Part shown: positions 63,417 to 64,000 of the stretch, one piece after another
How the letters are laid out: every line of letters begins with the position of its first letter
Numbering within the stretch: position 1 is the stretch's first letter
NCBI GenBank assembly: GCA_951406725.2
Contig: OX597823.1
Coordinates: forward strand, 44,330,001-44,394,000
DNA from: Octopus vulgaris
Lineage: Eukaryota
Reading direction: 5' to 3'
Length of the DNA: 64,000 nt
Made by a program: the position numbers and the translations under genes
Notes under the pieces: generated by a model
Told to the model about the DNA's origin: nothing
Databases searched by the model: none
Seen by the model: only the letters and a program-made list of their open reading frames with translations

Positions 63417-63658
63417 TGTGATGAGGTAGAACCGGGCATGTTTTGTGTCTGTGTGTACGTTGGTCATTCGGTGGTGTCTGTTTACGTTTTGCGTCTGCTA
63501 CTGTGTTGGGTCGTTCATGCTGAACATGTGGTTCTGTGTCGGCTGCTTGACTGGTGCAAGTTCCTTGCTGGCTGTCTGGTGATGGTTGTTTCTGCCGTCC
63601 CTTGACGGATTGCTGTATTTATAATGGCCAGGACAGCTAGAAGGACAGACATACCACA
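63417..63658 (-). mobile_element. Possible solo LTR
   Basis: TGTG..CACA ends and a minus-strand TATAAAT; no TSD found. Confidence 0.35.
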
Positions 63659-64000
63659 GGAGTAATTTCTACTTATGTAGGTCGCCTCCTGTCCACTTGA
63701 ACCTTAAATGACTCGGCTCAGGTTGTAGGTCGAAAAGAAATCCAGCCTTCACTTTTTGACAGGACAAAGAAATTTCTTTCGCGCCTGTTTGTCCCGTAGT
63801 GGATCAGACGAGCGAGAATCTTTAGATTCGGTTTCGAATCTTGGCTCGGAAAAAGGAAGTGTTAGTTTTTACAAATCTATTGGTAAAACAGATTCTACCA
63901 TGTAACCTCAAGACGATGAACGGTGTTGTAAGATCACCAAGTTAAGGCAGATTTTAGAAGGAGACAAGTAATTAGATAGATTTGCATCTATACCTATAAT

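Overview
This is AT-rich, microsatellite-dense animal genomic DNA. The SINE families and repeat landscape resemble an octopus or other coleoid cephalopod (inference, not verified). Positions 977-23436 carry, on the minus strand, the first ten coding exons of a mitochondrial-type carbamoyl-phosphate synthetase (CPS1/CPS III family). I translated these exons by hand: all have GT-AG boundaries and compatible phases, there is a presequence-like N-terminal extension, and the glutaminase Cys-His-Glu triad is intact. The gene continues past the left edge of the window. The rest is decayed transposable elements: mariner, DD37D/maT and pogo remnants, RTE and CR1-like LINEs, three Penelope-like elements, Gypsy LTR fragments, Helitrons, MITEs, tRNA-derived SINEs and a ~2.2 kb tandem duplication. 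The most striking unexplained structure is a set of type-I hammerhead ribozyme motifs, several with non-canonical cores (CCGACGA; a G3-C8 swap). Most sit in foldback elements inside (TA)n microsatellites, and two sit in a 304-nt tandem repeat resembling a retrozyme. All RNA folds were paired by eye and none has been tested for activity. Most ORFs in the supplied track are microsatellite or TE noise.
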